Virus genome (UHGV): UHGV-2202118
Length of the DNA stretch: 64,000 nucleotides
From: a virus
Reading direction: 5' to 3' (one strand)
The notes under the pieces are model-generated. The model saw nothing but the letters and a program-made list of their open reading frames with translations, was not told the origin of the DNA and made no database searches. Below, piece by piece: positions 38,257 through 49,243 of this stretch (positions are counted from its first letter, which is position 1; every line of letters starts with the position of its first letter). Made by a program: the position numbers and the translations under genes.

Positions 38257-38703
38257 TTAAACACTTGACGCTGGAATTGTAGAAGTGTAGTCTAGCTTCT
38301 CACAACCAAAAATCCAAGTTTTAGAGTTCTGGTCACGACCAAGTTCAATCTGTGGTAATTCCTGCAACCAAGCATTAATACCAGTTGCCAGAACAGAGCC
38401 TGATGGGTCGTAGATTACGAAGTTAGAAGAGATATCTTCTTCAAGTTCCATATTGTCTTGTTTAGCTTGAATTGCAGAAAGCATCTGGTTAGAGAGAGAA
38501 GTCTGCATTAACTCAATCTCAATAGTACCTGTCTTGTCTGCATTTCTTGTCAGAGCAACTTGACCACCTGCACCAACAACTGGTGTCACAAGCGGTGATG
38601 TTCTCTGTAGACGCAAGAATGAATCTGGGGCAAAGCCTTCAATGGCAATACCATTCCAGCTACATACAACGTCTTTAGGGGAATATTGCTGATACATAGC
38701 CAT
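38257..38703 (-). CDS. tail tube protein
   Basis: 148-aa ORF directly downstream of the sheath gene. Confidence 0.6.
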   Translation of the reverse strand: MAMYQQYSPKDVVCSWNGIAIEGFAPDSFLRLQRTSPLVTPVVGAGGQVALTRNADKTGTIEIELMQTSLSNQMLSAIQAKQDNMELEEDISSNFVIYDPSGSVLATGINAWLQELPQIELGRDQNSKTWIFGCEKLDYTSTIPASSV

Positions 38704-38718
38704 TCCAATTTACCTCTA

Positions 38719-40071
38719 TTATTCGTAAGCCACTGTACCTTTCAAGTCAACATCCAAGATAGCCCCTGCTAAGATACCTGCGAAGGTAACATCTTTCAGG
38801 ATACGAGCTTTCTTGTCTGCCAAAGCAACTTGAGAGGCTTTAGGAACATTAACTGTGTAAGATGACAGGAAGTTTCTGTTGACTGCTCTTTGTAGAGAGG
38901 TTTCAATGACTTGACGAATACGGGTAATACCAGTATCATCATAAGTAATCTTACCACCCTTCTGGTTAATTAGCAAGTCTCTCAGAGAAGTTTTCAGGTC
39001 TGATTCTAACCAGTCAACGCCACGGACGATATCAATCCATTCCCCACCAGAAGTAATCCCTCTACGAACCACTGGAACACCACCATCAAGGTCAATAAAG
39101 TTACAGTGACGTACATCTAAAGCAGACTTCTGAATACTTGTCAGAGGTCTCTGATTAGATGGTTGTAGAGAAGCTGCTACACCAGTTAGCTGAGCATTAC
39201 CCCAAGCAATTGAACCTGCATCATATGGAGCACCATAAGCAATGTATGCCATCTCTGGGTAGTCTTCTGCTGCTGCGTGATGCCACAAGCAAACTGTACG
39301 AGTGTACATACTCTTAGCAAGCTGTGCTGGAACATCATTTGCACTGGCTAATTCTGTACCTTGCAGGGCTGTTACATCGGAGTTAGCTGTAAAGAAGATT
39401 TTCTTGCGAGCCTGAATCTCAGAAGCCATTGCTAAGACAAACTGTTGAGTTCTGTCTTCTGCTGCAATGAAATACCAGTCAGTAGAGTAAGCTTCGATAG
39501 CTGCCAGAGCAGTTGATGCTGTATCGGCAGTTGTACTTGCAATATACACAGTCTGTGCTGTAGTTGTTACTTTCACAAAGTCATTATCACCAGCTTTGGT
39601 AATAATCATTGTGGCAGAGCCATTGCTACCAGTTACGTTCACAGAAACCTTATCTTTGATTGTTGGGTCAGCTTCAATCTGTGTTTTAAACTGTTGCAAC
39701 ACGTTTTCAGCAGTGTCTTCAGCTTGCGCTGTATACTGATATGGTTGAGAAATTCCACCGCCAGCAGCTACAGTAATTGAGTAGTCTGTACTTTCAGCAA
39801 CGGCATTAGGAATTGATACAGTGTACTGCATAGCACGTCTACCAATATAAAGCTGAGTTACTTTAGGAGTCTGACTCCAAAGTTGTTTAGCAGCCTTATA
39901 TGCAGCAGAGTTTTCATCGAAATCTTCAGCAACTTCAGTTAAGGAAGTGTAACCACGGACTCTTTCTTCAAAGTTATCTGTTGAAGCTAAGAATAGTGGC
40001 AAACCAAAACCTTCTCTTGTAGTTCCTGCGGTGTTCAATGTAATATCTACATTAACAATTGGATTCCACAT
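38719..40071 (-). CDS. contractile tail sheath protein
   Basis: 450-aa ORF upstream of the tube gene in sheath-tube-chaperone-TMP order. Confidence 0.7.
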   Translation of the reverse strand: MWNPIVNVDITLNTAGTTREGFGLPLFLASTDNFEERVRGYTSLTEVAEDFDENSAAYKAAKQLWSQTPKVTQLYIGRRAMQYTVSIPNAVAESTDYSITVAAGGGISQPYQYTAQAEDTAENVLQQFKTQIEADPTIKDKVSVNVTGSNGSATMIITKAGDNDFVKVTTTAQTVYIASTTADTASTALAAIEAYSTDWYFIAAEDRTQQFVLAMASEIQARKKIFFTANSDVTALQGTELASANDVPAQLAKSMYTRTVCLWHHAAAEDYPEMAYIAYGAPYDAGSIAWGNAQLTGVAASLQPSNQRPLTSIQKSALDVRHCNFIDLDGGVPVVRRGITSGGEWIDIVRGVDWLESDLKTSLRDLLINQKGGKITYDDTGITRIRQVIETSLQRAVNRNFLSSYTVNVPKASQVALADKKARILKDVTFAGILAGAILDVDLKGTVAYE

Positions 40072-40671
40072 TTATTTTACCCCTTTGGAGTCTACATCTA
40101 GATGGATAGTATATTCTGGTGGCTCTTGTCCTTCTTCATAAACCAACTCACCATCAACAATGACACGCTCAATAATACTTCCACGTTCATCTTTCAGGAC
40201 TGAATTTTTTACAAGAGTTACAACAAGAGGCGCAGAATTTTCGAAATCTGTATTGAGATAAGTGTAGTCATTTGGGATGGCTCCAGTGTCTAGTACTGTA
40301 GCTCCTGTCTCTTCAAGAATTAAATCCCTGACTGAACTCATCTCTAATCGTTGTTTAAGCTCAAGCATAATACTGTGAGCACCTTTACCATTCACCGTAA
40401 TTAATACTGGAATCTGAAAAGCAATTCTGTAGCAAACTACATCATCCTCAACAAACTTATCAAGAACCCAACCATAAGGTGTTGCAGCATCTTGACAATA
40501 TACGGTAATAAATGGCTGGTCAGGTTTTAAACCTTTGTCATTTGAGTTATCAGAAGGGTAAGCTCTAATTACATTTGGTCTATTATTTTTATCACGAGCT
40601 AGTCTGTGACCAATAACATCCACTAAGGTTCTAACTAGACCTTTTTCAAGTTCTGCTGTTTCTAACTGCAT
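40072..40671 (-). CDS. neck/tail completion protein
   Basis: 199-aa ORF between capsid and tail genes. Confidence 0.35.
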   Translation of the reverse strand: MQLETAELEKGLVRTLVDVIGHRLARDKNNRPNVIRAYPSDNSNDKGLKPDQPFITVYCQDAATPYGWVLDKFVEDDVVCYRIAFQIPVLITVNGKGAHSIMLELKQRLEMSSVRDLILEETGATVLDTGAIPNDYTYLNTDFENSAPLVVTLVKNSVLKDERGSIIERVIVDGELVYEEGQEPPEYTIHLDVDSKGVK

Positions 40672-41047
40672 TCATTTTATCCCTTCTAATAATGATATAT
40701 TCATAATGGGACGTATGGGCTAATTGCTGTGACCAATCCATAGTCATAAATACTTCATACTCATGACCATCAATCATAACAATATCAGACTCATTCCACT
40801 CTACATCATCTGAAGTTCTAAGTTTATATGTGGTATACAGGATTCTTGTATCGGTAAGCCTAATACCTTCCGGTAAAGCAATCTGTGTACCATTCTTTAC
40901 AGAACCTTTGATATATGGCTGAATATTACCTTTACAGTTAACCTCTACAATATCTTGTGAAGCTACCCAATCACCATCAGCATTATAATAACCATCTTCA
41001 GAGACTTTACGCTTTACTACAAAGCTGTGTCTGTTTAAGAGTCTCAT
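40646..41047 (-). CDS. neck/head-tail joining protein
   Basis: 133-aa ORF. Confidence 0.35.
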   Translation of the reverse strand: MRLLNRHSFVVKRKVSEDGYYNADGDWVASQDIVEVNCKGNIQPYIKGSVKNGTQIALPEGIRLTDTRILYTTYKLRTSDDVEWNESDIVMIDGHEYEVFMTMDWSQQLAHTSHYEYIIIRRDKMNAVRNSRT

Positions 41048-41526
41048 TTTTTAATACCCTTCTTAGTAGAAATTTTATAAGCAAGGTTATCTCTTAAGTC
41101 ACCTGTCTCAACAAGAGGTGCGTTAAAGCCTTTTTTCTTGACTGTGGAAGGTGCGTTAGGAGGGAGGATAGCAGAATTACCAAAACCTCTTTTAATTGCC
41201 TTTTGAGCATTCTTTGCAAATGCTTCTAAGGTATTTGAAGGGTCTGTGTTGAGACTGCTAAGTTGCTTATATAGATTCTTCTTAGTCTGCTCTAACAAGG
41301 TCTGTTTGTTTAGCATCATAGTGATTTCAAACAACCTACGATATACTTTACCAGAAGCTGAAGGAACCCCAATAACTTCTTGTAAATACATTAAAGCAGG
41401 ATAAGAAAAACCAGAGCTATGTTGACCTTGTTCTTGAAAATACCCAACTTGAGCATTAGCCGTTTGCAAGTTCTTCATAGCCCCGACTAATTTTGCTCTC
41501 GCGGGGTGAATAACCCTTTTAACCAT
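41044..41526 (-). CDS. head-tail connector/head completion protein
   Basis: 160-aa ORF. Confidence 0.35.
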   Translation of the reverse strand: MVKRVIHPARAKLVGAMKNLQTANAQVGYFQEQGQHSSGFSYPALMYLQEVIGVPSASGKVYRRLFEITMMLNKQTLLEQTKKNLYKQLSSLNTDPSNTLEAFAKNAQKAIKRGFGNSAILPPNAPSTVKKKGFNAPLVETGDLRDNLAYKISTKKGIKK

Positions 41527-41975
41527 TATTCATCTCGCTCGATAATAAATACGCCATTAACACGGTTGCAGTAATCTCTGCCTTCGTATCTGGCAGCATC
41601 ACCATATTCTGTGTATTTCTTGACAGAGCAAGGATTCTGACGACGCATGTCAATATCACACTGATTAATACCACCTGCATAGGGTAGTCCTGAAACAGAG
41701 CTTTTAACAAGGTCGTCATAAACAGCTTTCAGAGATTTGAATCTGGAAGAATTACGTAAATAAACACCACCAACCTTCTCATCTCCCATCTTGGCTACTT
41801 GAAAGAGTAAATATTTAAGAGCTTTGATGGCTGCTTTCTTTTCATCCTTTCCAGATTCTAGATAGAACCACTCTAGCACAGACTGTTCAATAAGAATTTC
41901 ATCATTATTGGTGTCTGTGCAGAGGATTCTTACTCTATCAAGAGGGTTATTGGCTGGGTCGCCTGTATAACACAT
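41526..41975 (-). CDS. head-tail adaptor protein
   Basis: 149-aa ORF immediately downstream of the major capsid gene. Confidence 0.35.
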   Translation of the reverse strand: MCYTGDPANNPLDRVRILCTDTNNDEILIEQSVLEWFYLESGKDEKKAAIKALKYLLFQVAKMGDEKVGGVYLRNSSRFKSLKAVYDDLVKSSVSGLPYAGGINQCDIDMRRQNPCSVKKYTEYGDAARYEGRDYCNRVNGVFIIERDE

Positions 41976-41996
41976 TCATAACCCTCCTTAAGAATA

Positions 41997-43103
41997 TCAT
42001 TCGCCTTTAGCGTCAGCGCGAACATCTACCAGCAACTGAGGACGAGTACAGTATGGCAGCATGTAAGAGTGAGCTTCGAAGTCAATACCTTCGTCACGGT
42101 CTTTTTCGTATTCGAATACGTACAGTTCCTGACCAAGTGTATTTGCGTAACCCATCTTAGGACATGGACCATATGCAACTTCGAAGATGTTGTTAGCTTC
42201 ACCCAGCATAGCTACGTTAGGGAAAGCATGACCAACACCAACAGTGTCTGCTACGCTGTCAATGCTAACCAGAGTGTGAACCTTACCACGCTTGTCTTTG
42301 AACTTACCGTTGTACTGGACAAACTTAACACCACCGTAGTAGAAAGTATTCATATGAGCCTGAACGCCGTCAGCACCACCAGTTCTCAGAGAACCAGTAA
42401 TCTGTTGCCAAGCCAGTGGAGTCTGCTGTGCAAGATAAGCGTCACGAATCTTAGGATGCTTAACCAGTTTGCTGAAGAATACACGGTCAACAACTACGTG
42501 AATCTCTTCACCGTTGATTACAGTGCCAGTCTTAGCTTCATCTTCCATGTGCATACGCAGTTCTTCAATAGAAGCGTCGATATCAGCATTAGGATTGTCA
42601 AGGTCGAAGTAAATAGTCTTCTTCTCAACGTCGAACTGCTTGTACAGGTCAGCGTACAGAGTACCACGAGCATCAACAACTTTACCCTTCAGAGCTTGCA
42701 TAAACAGGAACTCACGAGTAATATCGAACTTGGTACGAATCTTCATCAGCTTCTTAGCACGTACTACAGCTTCAGTAGTCAGTTCGTTTGCAGTGCCTGG
42801 CTGACGTACACCCTGAATTTCATCAGGAGTGATGCTTTCAACTTCTTTGAAGTACATCATTGGGAAGCTGATTTGACGAACACGCTCAGGTGCGCTAGTC
42901 TCTGCTTTACGGCTATCACGGTCTACCGCATCAAGCAAGCTAACATCCCAATCAGTCAAGTCCATAAGGAAAGTAGTTTGGGTGATTGGTGCTGAACGGA
43001 ACAGACCTAAGTTGGAAATATACCCATAAGTATTTGGGATAGACTGGACTTCACCAGTCAGGTCAGCAAGGAAAAATCTGCTTTTTTCAGAATTAGTCAA
43101 CAT
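41997..43103 (-). CDS. major capsid protein
   Basis: 368 aa, downstream of protease/scaffold and decoration-size ORFs; strong codon usage. Confidence 0.75.
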   Translation of the reverse strand: MLTNSEKSRFFLADLTGEVQSIPNTYGYISNLGLFRSAPITQTTFLMDLTDWDVSLLDAVDRDSRKAETSAPERVRQISFPMMYFKEVESITPDEIQGVRQPGTANELTTEAVVRAKKLMKIRTKFDITREFLFMQALKGKVVDARGTLYADLYKQFDVEKKTIYFDLDNPNADIDASIEELRMHMEDEAKTGTVINGEEIHVVVDRVFFSKLVKHPKIRDAYLAQQTPLAWQQITGSLRTGGADGVQAHMNTFYYGGVKFVQYNGKFKDKRGKVHTLVSIDSVADTVGVGHAFPNVAMLGEANNIFEVAYGPCPKMGYANTLGQELYVFEYEKDRDEGIDFEAHSYMLPYCTRPQLLVDVRADAKGE

Positions 43104-43136
43104 TGTAAAATTCTCCAGAATGTCTTATTATTGTTA

Positions 43137-43514
43137 TTACAGGCCAGTTGGTACGAAATCAATACCTTTAGCAGCCAGAGCTTTCTTGACTTTAGTAGCA
43201 TCAACTCTTGATTCAAGAGTTAGCAGGTCTTTCAGTTCTGCATCACGGTGGATACCTACTACTTTCAACTGACCATGATAAGACAGTTGCAGGTCTGCGT
43301 AGAAATTAACGATACATACAGAGTCTGCTTGGGCTTCTTCTCCAGCTTGTACCTTAGTACCATCTGCTTTCAGAACTTCACCTACACGATACTCTGTAGA
43401 TGCCTGTGGAGTGTACTCTTTACGAGAGTGGCCTGTTGGGGTAATCTGTTCCCAAAGAATGATATCATTCAGAGGTTCTCTGTTACCTAACTTAGTAAAA
43501 CCTTGATATGCCAT
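43137..43514 (-). CDS. head protein (decoration-like, unknown)
   Basis: 125-aa ORF between scaffold/protease and capsid genes. Confidence 0.4.
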   Translation of the reverse strand: MAYQGFTKLGNREPLNDIILWEQITPTGHSRKEYTPQASTEYRVGEVLKADGTKVQAGEEAQADSVCIVNFYADLQLSYHGQLKVVGIHRDAELKDLLTLESRVDATKVKKALAAKGIDFVPTGL

Positions 43515-43525
43515 TATTGTGTTCC

Positions 43526-44872
43526 TTATTTGATAAGAGATTTTAGAGCATTCTGGAGAGCCAGTTTGCGTTGTTCAGCGGTGTCTTCGGAAGCATTCTT
43601 AGCTGGTTCTTTTTCTTCTTCAACCAAATCAGCTTCGCCGTCATTACCCATTTCTTCCATAGCATTAGAATGTTCAAGAACAGCACCAGCAGTTTCTTTC
43701 AGCTTGGTAATTTCTGATTCTTTTTCTTCCATTGCAGAAGCATGGGACGCGATAGTTTCATTAAGTTTCTGGTTAGCACCTTCCATAGCATTCATAAACA
43801 GAACACTCAGAGGGTTATCAAGACCAGCACCTAAAATAGTCGTTGCAGCTTCTTTTGCATCAAATCCAAAAGCTTCAGCAGAAGCAGAAATCTTATTAGT
43901 CAAATCTGACAAAGCAGCTTCCTGTTCTTTAGCTTTCATTTGAGCAACCTGAAGACGCAAAGCTTCTAGTTCTTGCTTTTCTTGTTCAGTCATTTCTTCA
44001 CCTGAATTGTTAACGTTTAAACTTACAGGAGCCTCTTCAGAACCTTGTAAGTAATTTAAGAAATCATCTTGAGACATGATTGAGTTAATTAAACCAAGTT
44101 CAAGAGCTTCCTGAGCAGAATAAACATTCGCCTCAGTATTCTTTACAGCTTCTTCAGAGAGATTACGAGATTCAGCTACAAAACCTGTAAAGGTTGCGTA
44201 GGTATCATTAATTCTCTTTTGAAGTCTTTCTTTGCTTTCTTCTGAGAGTGCTTGGAATGGTGAACCCATACCTTTAAACTCACCAGCTTTGATGACGTTA
44301 ATTGTTACGCCATTCTTTTCAAATGCCTTAGTTAATTCCTGATGAACCATGATTACACCGATAGAACCAACATCTGCATCTGGTGATGCAATAATTTCTT
44401 CAGCAGAAGATGCAAGAGCGTATGCAGCGGAACAAGCGAACTCATCTACATAAGCAATAATTTTCTTTTGGCCTCTTGAAGCCATAATGTGACGTGCTAA
44501 TTCAAAGCAACCTGAAGCTTCACCACCACCAGAATCGATGTGCAGAACAATAGTCTTGATTGACTCATCTGCTAAAGCTTCGTCAAAGCCTCTACGCAAA
44601 CCTTCATAAGAGCTTAATCCACCTGTACACATTGCATCAATGAATGTCATACGATGGGTTAAACCACCCATAATAGGGATAATAGCAATGTCATCTTTCA
44701 CTTTTAAAAGACTTCTTGCTTCACCTTTGGGTTTATCAAAGTTTACTGCTGCTTGGACATCACCCAGCAATCTGTTATTCACATAAGTTGCTGCTGAGTG
44801 AGCTAATGATTCAGTGGCTAGTAAAGGTTGGTTGAATAATCTATCAGCAAGTCTGAAGATATTCGAACTCAT
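43526..44872 (-). CDS. prohead protease (S49/ClpP-like) fused to scaffold-like coiled-coil domain
   Basis: 448 aa; serine-peptidase-like core IVLHIDSGGGEASGCFEL...FACSAAYALAS; C-terminal half is an E/K/A-rich coiled coil. Confidence 0.7.
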   Translation of the reverse strand: MSSNIFRLADRLFNQPLLATESLAHSAATYVNNRLLGDVQAAVNFDKPKGEARSLLKVKDDIAIIPIMGGLTHRMTFIDAMCTGGLSSYEGLRRGFDEALADESIKTIVLHIDSGGGEASGCFELARHIMASRGQKKIIAYVDEFACSAAYALASSAEEIIASPDADVGSIGVIMVHQELTKAFEKNGVTINVIKAGEFKGMGSPFQALSEESKERLQKRINDTYATFTGFVAESRNLSEEAVKNTEANVYSAQEALELGLINSIMSQDDFLNYLQGSEEAPVSLNVNNSGEEMTEQEKQELEALRLQVAQMKAKEQEAALSDLTNKISASAEAFGFDAKEAATTILGAGLDNPLSVLFMNAMEGANQKLNETIASHASAMEEKESEITKLKETAGAVLEHSNAMEEMGNDGEADLVEEEKEPAKNASEDTAEQRKLALQNALKSLIK

Positions 44873-44883
44873 TTTTACTCACC

Positions 44884-45216
44884 CTATTTGTTTAAATCTA
44901 CAGAGACTGAAGAGATAACATAGATACCTTCTTCAGCGAAGAATTGAGGTTTGCTAAGAGCACCAGTTGCCACGCATTTATCGTTAGCATCCCACAAGCT
45001 ATAGTGTGAGACCGTTGCAGAAGCTGGAACAGTAATATTAACTGTATCTTCTGAGGCAATTAAGCCATTATCCGGTTCAGAAAAATAAATAGCCACTGGC
45101 TGAGTAACCTTATTTGCTGTAGGGTCTGCCGTTGGGTCTACATTGTGTAAAATAATAGTCGTTGGGGTTAGCGTGGCGAGGATTTTATTCTTACCATCAA
45201 TAGTTAATGTTCCCAT
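44884..45216 (-). CDS. hypothetical head-associated protein
   Basis: 110-aa ORF. Confidence 0.35.
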   Translation of the reverse strand: MGTLTIDGKNKILATLTPTTIILHNVDPTADPTANKVTQPVAIYFSEPDNGLIASEDTVNITVPASATVSHYSLWDANDKCVATGALSKPQFFAEEGIYVISSVSVDLNK

Positions 45217-45716
45217 TAATTAAACCTTACTTTTTGTTTAAGGACTGTTGAATGGTTACCAGATTCATCTACCACATTTACAATCATATCATATACTTTG
45301 CCTTTGACAAGTACTTTGTAATCATTTTGTGAAAAAATGTATTCAAGTCTGTTTGTTTCTTTATTAACTGTCATTGGAGATTGAAATGCAGTGTCGAGGG
45401 TAATGAAAGCGGCTTCAATGCTATTAACATTGATACGTTTATTCTCGCAGTTATATAACTTTACACCCAAAAGGCATGAACTGTCAAATGGAATTTTAAC
45501 AATTTCACTACAATTTCCTAAAATAAACGGTTTTCCACTCATTGGTGCATCAAGTAACCTGCAAATAGTGAAAACGTCAGAGGTTCCACCATCACTTACA
45601 TAACCTGAAAGGCTGACCCTTGAGCCAGCCTCTACAGATAATTTGTCAGTGATAATAAGAACACCTCTATACGAATGCACTCGTGTAGCATTTGAAATAG
45701 AGATAACTTCAGCCAT
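45216..45716 (-). CDS. hypothetical head-associated protein
   Basis: 166-aa ORF. Confidence 0.35.
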   Translation of the reverse strand: MAEVISISNATRVHSYRGVLIITDKLSVEAGSRVSLSGYVSDGGTSDVFTICRLLDAPMSGKPFILGNCSEIVKIPFDSSCLLGVKLYNCENKRINVNSIEAAFITLDTAFQSPMTVNKETNRLEYIFSQNDYKVLVKGKVYDMIVNVVDESGNHSTVLKQKVRFN

Positions 45717-47191
45717 TATTTATTTGCCTTATTTGCTGTGCTTGGGTCTTTCGCTGAAGGTGTCTTTGCAGTACCTTCTCCAGCGGTCTTATAACCATCT
45801 CCTGAACGGCTTTGGCTATTTGGAGAAAGCTTTTCAGATACTGGCTGAGACTCATCAGCAGGAGGAAGACCAATATGCTCTCTAAGCTTGTTAGATAGCT
45901 CTTTGTCAACTTCCAAAGCACCTACTGCAACAGTCTTCTGGATATAAGAACCAATTACTTCAAGGTCTGGGGTTTCGATATCATCATATGTGATTTGCAC
46001 ATGTTCTTCATCGTCCCACATATTAAGAGCATAAGTCTGTGCAACTAAATCACGGTTAATTACGTTCTTAATTTGCTTCAGCAGAATATCTACTGACATT
46101 GCTAGTAAGCTTGTCTTAGAATCTGCAAGAGAGAATGAACCATATTTTGACTGACCCATAGCAAGAACATCTGACATAAATGCCATCATAATCTGCTTGG
46201 AATATCTGTCAATAATAGAACCTGTATCGTATGCTTTAGCACCCTGTCTAGAAACTAATGAGAACTCAAAAATATCCTCTTTAGTATCTGGGTCGATATA
46301 TCTAGGCCAGATTAAACCTGCTCTATCATTAGCAATCATATCGTTAACAACAGTTTTGCAGTATTGTACGAAAGCTTTCTTTTCAGGTTCTGCATTTTCA
46401 TCCAGATAATCTGGTGGTAAACCAATTTTTGGCATACCTACCAAGTCTCTTGAAACACCGACTGCTTCGTACTCTTCAATCTGAACTTTATACTTCCACG
46501 GCACATAGGCATTAAGTAATGGTGAACGACCTTCTGGGTTTCCATATTCATCGTCATACTTAAACAGCATGAATTTAGCTCGTGGGAGTTTTCTTGTTAG
46601 TGGTCTTTCTCCAAGATTAATTGCTCCAGCAATATGTGAAACATTTCTCAGATTCTGTCTAACACCAGTAACTTTTCTAAAGTCTTCGTCAAAATACCAC
46701 TTATCAAGTGTTGATTGGTTTCTGATTGGTAATTTAGCCCATCCAATTAGACCATCATCAAATTTAGACTGGTACTTTCCTTTCTTACCCTGACGCTTCT
46801 TATAAACCTTTTCATTAACACAGAACCCATAAGTGCAGAATGACATTACAGAGTTAATAAAATCTGCCCAATCATGCTCCATGTCATCCATTAAAGAATT
46901 AAAGAAGTCTGCTCTTTCAAGCATTTTAGGGTCTTGCTCTTTTCCCTTTGGAGGTACGAATCTCCAGTTGACTTTTCTGACAAACATCTTAATAATATTT
47001 ACAGATGCTGCTACAGCGGGGTCACGCATCATTAATTGGAAAGTTTTAATACTTTCAGGGAACCTTAGTGCCTGACGAGGTTCTTCATAGATTCTTCCAT
47101 TCTTAACCTTCAGACCCAAAGAACCTACTTCACCCATCCTAAATGGTGGTAAGCTTTCTTGTGTTTCTGTAATATCTGCCATTCTTCTCAC
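45716..47191 (-). CDS. portal protein
   Basis: 491-aa ORF directly downstream of the large terminase. Confidence 0.7.
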   Translation of the reverse strand: MRRMADITETQESLPPFRMGEVGSLGLKVKNGRIYEEPRQALRFPESIKTFQLMMRDPAVAASVNIIKMFVRKVNWRFVPPKGKEQDPKMLERADFFNSLMDDMEHDWADFINSVMSFCTYGFCVNEKVYKKRQGKKGKYQSKFDDGLIGWAKLPIRNQSTLDKWYFDEDFRKVTGVRQNLRNVSHIAGAINLGERPLTRKLPRAKFMLFKYDDEYGNPEGRSPLLNAYVPWKYKVQIEEYEAVGVSRDLVGMPKIGLPPDYLDENAEPEKKAFVQYCKTVVNDMIANDRAGLIWPRYIDPDTKEDIFEFSLVSRQGAKAYDTGSIIDRYSKQIMMAFMSDVLAMGQSKYGSFSLADSKTSLLAMSVDILLKQIKNVINRDLVAQTYALNMWDDEEHVQITYDDIETPDLEVIGSYIQKTVAVGALEVDKELSNKLREHIGLPPADESQPVSEKLSPNSQSRSGDGYKTAGEGTAKTPSAKDPSTANKANK

Positions 47192-47198
47192 CTAGCTA

Positions 47199-48815
47199 TC
47201 AACGTCTAAGCCCCTCATATGGGTTTCCCCTCACTAAGTCTGTGTGAGCGCCCATTGATGGTGGCTTGAATAATTTAACTTCGTTAAGACTGTTGAAAGC
47301 ATCACTGGTAGCATCCACTTGGTCATCTTTAGTTTTGCCATCACCACAAAAGCCTTCAAGCTCTTGAAAGTAAGCTTCATTCCAACTACCTCTCAAGACT
47401 TTTACAAGTCCAGCTTCAGAAGCAGCAGAAAATCCCGCAAAGCGGGTAACTTTATCTTTATTTGTTGGTTTGGCTCTTGCTCGATAACCTTTCTCGGCAA
47501 GTTTCCTGATGAGGGATGTTGCGTAGGATTTACCAGCAGCGCCTGGGTCTTGAGGGATAAAAATACCAGTTCGCTTACCGTCACTTTCAGCAGTCAAATT
47601 AATTTGTGTTTCGACTCCAGAGGGTCTATCTCTAAATCTTACTACATCAATGATATAATAGCAACCGTCTTTTTTAGATTTACCCATCTTAACACCTGCT
47701 GTCCAGTCTGGATTAGGGTTAATCTCAGATGGTAAAGTTGCTGCTAAGTCCCATGCTCTAACATCAAATACATCTTCTGGGAGTGAATCAACAATTTCAC
47801 ACCATTGTCTTTGCCAATAGTTTGAACCTTCTGCACGAGCCTTCCAGTTACCGAAACGAAGTCTTGCAACGTTTAAAGGAGTGTTGTTTTCCAGCTTACC
47901 ACGGTACTTAGGCTCTAAGAAGTCAAGGATTGGGTTATCATCAATCGTACCAGAAATAAAGGTGTATGTTTGAGGAATCTCAAGGGGGAACATTTCAAGA
48001 ATCTTGTCTCTCTCCCAATCAGAAACCATCACGCCATCGTTCATTACATACCAACGAATACGACCACATTTTTCAGGGTCTGGGTAGCCTTCTTCATCTA
48101 AGAATGGCTCTACCCAATCGTAAATAAAGTGGTCTCTGTCTGGGTTCATGGAAATCTTCATGTATGAATCGCCTTCAGCACCAGAACGTAGACGGGTTTG
48201 TAGGTATGAAATCTGTGAAGCAGAGAAGTGTGTACCTTCGTCAAAGTAAATAGCTGAGTATTCAATACCCTGATGACCTTCAGCGTGCTTTTCAAGTTCT
48301 AGGTAGGTAAACTTGATAGTTGCCCCAGAAGGGAATGTGATAGTCATTTTCTGCTCGTGAGGAATCCCACCAAACTTACCAAATAGTTTCTTTGCAGCAG
48401 GCCATAAACCACCTTGTAACTGTGTTGTATTTCGACGGAAATATACAGCATTATAGTTAGGGTCTTCAATAAATCTTAAAGAGTCCATTAACAATGCGGC
48501 AGTCTTACCAGCACCAGCAGCACCACCATAGAGAACCAAGTCAGCATTAGTATTTAAAAAGACCTCTTGAGAACCCGGCTGAGGGGCTACATAGTTCTTA
48601 TCAGTCATCAATTTAAAGATAAGGCGAACTTGGTCTGGTGTGTATCTTAATAAAGTCAGAATTTGAGTTGGAAGGAATTTAGAGGGGTCTTTACCGAATG
48701 ATTTAATAATTTCTTTTACTTCATCAGAAAGCCCCAACTCTCCAGCTAGGACTTTCCTAACATCTTCCACTCGCTTCTGCTTAACAGCATTTAAGTCCAT
48801 TAAGCGCCTCCGCAA
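47199..48815 (-). CDS. terminase large subunit
   Basis: 538 aa; Walker A LYGGAAGAGKTAAL; acidic nuclease-type C-terminal half. Confidence 0.85.
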   Translation of the reverse strand: MRRRLMDLNAVKQKRVEDVRKVLAGELGLSDEVKEIIKSFGKDPSKFLPTQILTLLRYTPDQVRLIFKLMTDKNYVAPQPGSQEVFLNTNADLVLYGGAAGAGKTAALLMDSLRFIEDPNYNAVYFRRNTTQLQGGLWPAAKKLFGKFGGIPHEQKMTITFPSGATIKFTYLELEKHAEGHQGIEYSAIYFDEGTHFSASQISYLQTRLRSGAEGDSYMKISMNPDRDHFIYDWVEPFLDEEGYPDPEKCGRIRWYVMNDGVMVSDWERDKILEMFPLEIPQTYTFISGTIDDNPILDFLEPKYRGKLENNTPLNVARLRFGNWKARAEGSNYWQRQWCEIVDSLPEDVFDVRAWDLAATLPSEINPNPDWTAGVKMGKSKKDGCYYIIDVVRFRDRPSGVETQINLTAESDGKRTGIFIPQDPGAAGKSYATSLIRKLAEKGYRARAKPTNKDKVTRFAGFSAASEAGLVKVLRGSWNEAYFQELEGFCGDGKTKDDQVDATSDAFNSLNEVKLFKPPSMGAHTDLVRGNPYEGLRR

Positions 48816-48821
48816 ATAGAA

Positions 48822-49022
48822 TTATTCAGAGTCTGTAGCAGTCTCTTCTTTCTTAACTTCGAACTTTGCATCAACAGCATCAAGAAGTGCATCCATAGAT
48901 GCTTCTTTAATATCAATACCTGTTGCTACAGATAATCTATCTGCAATTGCCATGATAGTGTTCTGCATAAATTCTAGCTTTTTATTAGCTTCATAAAGTT
49001 CTTTGTAAACGGTCTCACTCAT
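48822..49022 (-). CDS. small protein upstream of terminase (possible small terminase subunit)
   Basis: 66-aa ORF immediately upstream of the large terminase. Confidence 0.3.
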   Translation of the reverse strand: MSETVYKELYEANKKLEFMQNTIMAIADRLSVATGIDIKEASMDALLDAVDAKFEVKKEETATDSE

Positions 49023-49146
49023 TATGTTTTCTCCAAATAATTAACCATGTTTCCCCTTAAAAAAGACGGCACAGAGACCGTCAAGGAGAAACCACAATGT
49101 ACGTCAGAGACATACTGTATAAGTCTTCCTATAAAGTATAACTCTG

Positions 49147-49207
49147 TAAAAAAGCCCTGTCTAAAAATACTCTTCGGTAGCGAAAGGAAGAATACTTATA
49201 GCAGGGC
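49147..49207 (-). terminator. candidate terminator of the tRNA transcription unit
   Basis: GCCCTG/CAGGGC stem with structured loop, followed on the minus strand by TTTTTT (plus 49148-49153). Confidence 0.4.
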
Positions 49208-49243
49208 ATTATTATTATTTTAATTGAGAGAGAGTAAAATAAC

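Noticed and set aside
42069-42995. 308-aa ORF on the plus strand inside the major capsid gene
   Set aside because: Fully antisense to a strongly supported structural gene, low-complexity Ser/Val/Leu/Thr-rich translation, no start context; typical antisense shadow ORF.
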